From the NCBI RefSeq assembly GCF_006345805.1, contig NW_021835064.1, positions 1 to 48,786 of the forward strand: a stretch of DNA of 48,786 bases, given 5' to 3'. Shown in pieces: positions 48,236-48,786 of the stretch; within the stretch, counting starts at the first letter, position 1; each line of letters starts with the position of its first letter. The stretch is from Octopus sinensis (Eukaryota). Under the pieces are notes generated by a model. The model was given only the letters and a program-made list of their open reading frames with translations, did no database searches and had not been told where the DNA came from. The position numbers and the translations under genes are program-made.

Positions 48236-48285
48236 TTCGTTTCAGTCATTTGACTGCGGCCATGCTGGAGCATCGCCTTTAGTCG
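48236..48285 (-). mobile_element. SINE family A tail fragment
   Basis: GTTTCAGTCATTTGACTGCGGCCATGCTGGAGCATCGCCTTTAGTCG. Confidence 0.75.
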
Positions 48286-48786
48286 CATAAATTCTTCATC
48301 TGTTGTGTGTATACATACATCGTTGTGCGTCTGTGAGTGTGTGTGTATGTGTAACATATATATATATAAAGTTTGACAGTGACTTTGAAGTTTCAGTTTG
48401 CTGGCCTTTGTTGGACTGCGCACAGTCTGACGAGCAGAGCAAGCCGAAACTTCGGCGTCAATGACATTTTTTTTTCTTTGTAAAAGTTTAATGAATGTGT
48501 GCTCCACTAAAGAGTATTAAAAAATTCTTAAGTTTAAGGATAAATTTTTCTATAACTTGATAGAAAAATAAAAATTGATACTATATATATATATGTACTT
48601 TATGTATAATTACAGCTGATTATAAGGCGAAATCTAATTTCCTAATAATAATAATAAGCATGATGTATCACAGAATTCTTCTTGGAATTTAGCAACGTTC
48701 TTGGACCCTTTTGAAAGAAATTATAGAAAAATAGAAAAAAAAAAAAGAGAATAAAAAAAGTCTTACAAGCCACCACTTGTGATTCA

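Overview
AT-rich, microsatellite-dense animal genomic DNA. It is most likely from an octopod cephalopod, inferred from SINE families I recognise rather than from a search. No host gene can be called confidently; there is one tentative two-exon 5' gene start near 27.4-28.0 kb. The window is mostly mobile DNA: a frameshifted CR1-group LINE, Penelope-like (PLE) fragments, an R4/Dong-like remnant, about five SINE families, Helitron-like elements, Tigger-like and 8-bp-TSD MITEs, and foldback elements. The standout is a 5.6-kb array (16261-21855) of about 12 tandem ~470-478-bp units. Each unit carries a type I hammerhead ribozyme (HHR) fold, the array is built as two head-to-head arms, and it sits inside the (TA)n tract of a single split SINE. 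This reads as a retrozyme-like, probably circRNA-derived element. Three smaller HHR-bearing insertions show the same head-to-head architecture, including a tRNA-headed SINE with a PLE-type minimal HHR. A GIY-YIG Penelope remnant lies next to the array. Scattered 1-bp indels suggest imperfect long-read polishing, so single-base details need read-level checks. All folds were done by eye and no database searches were run.
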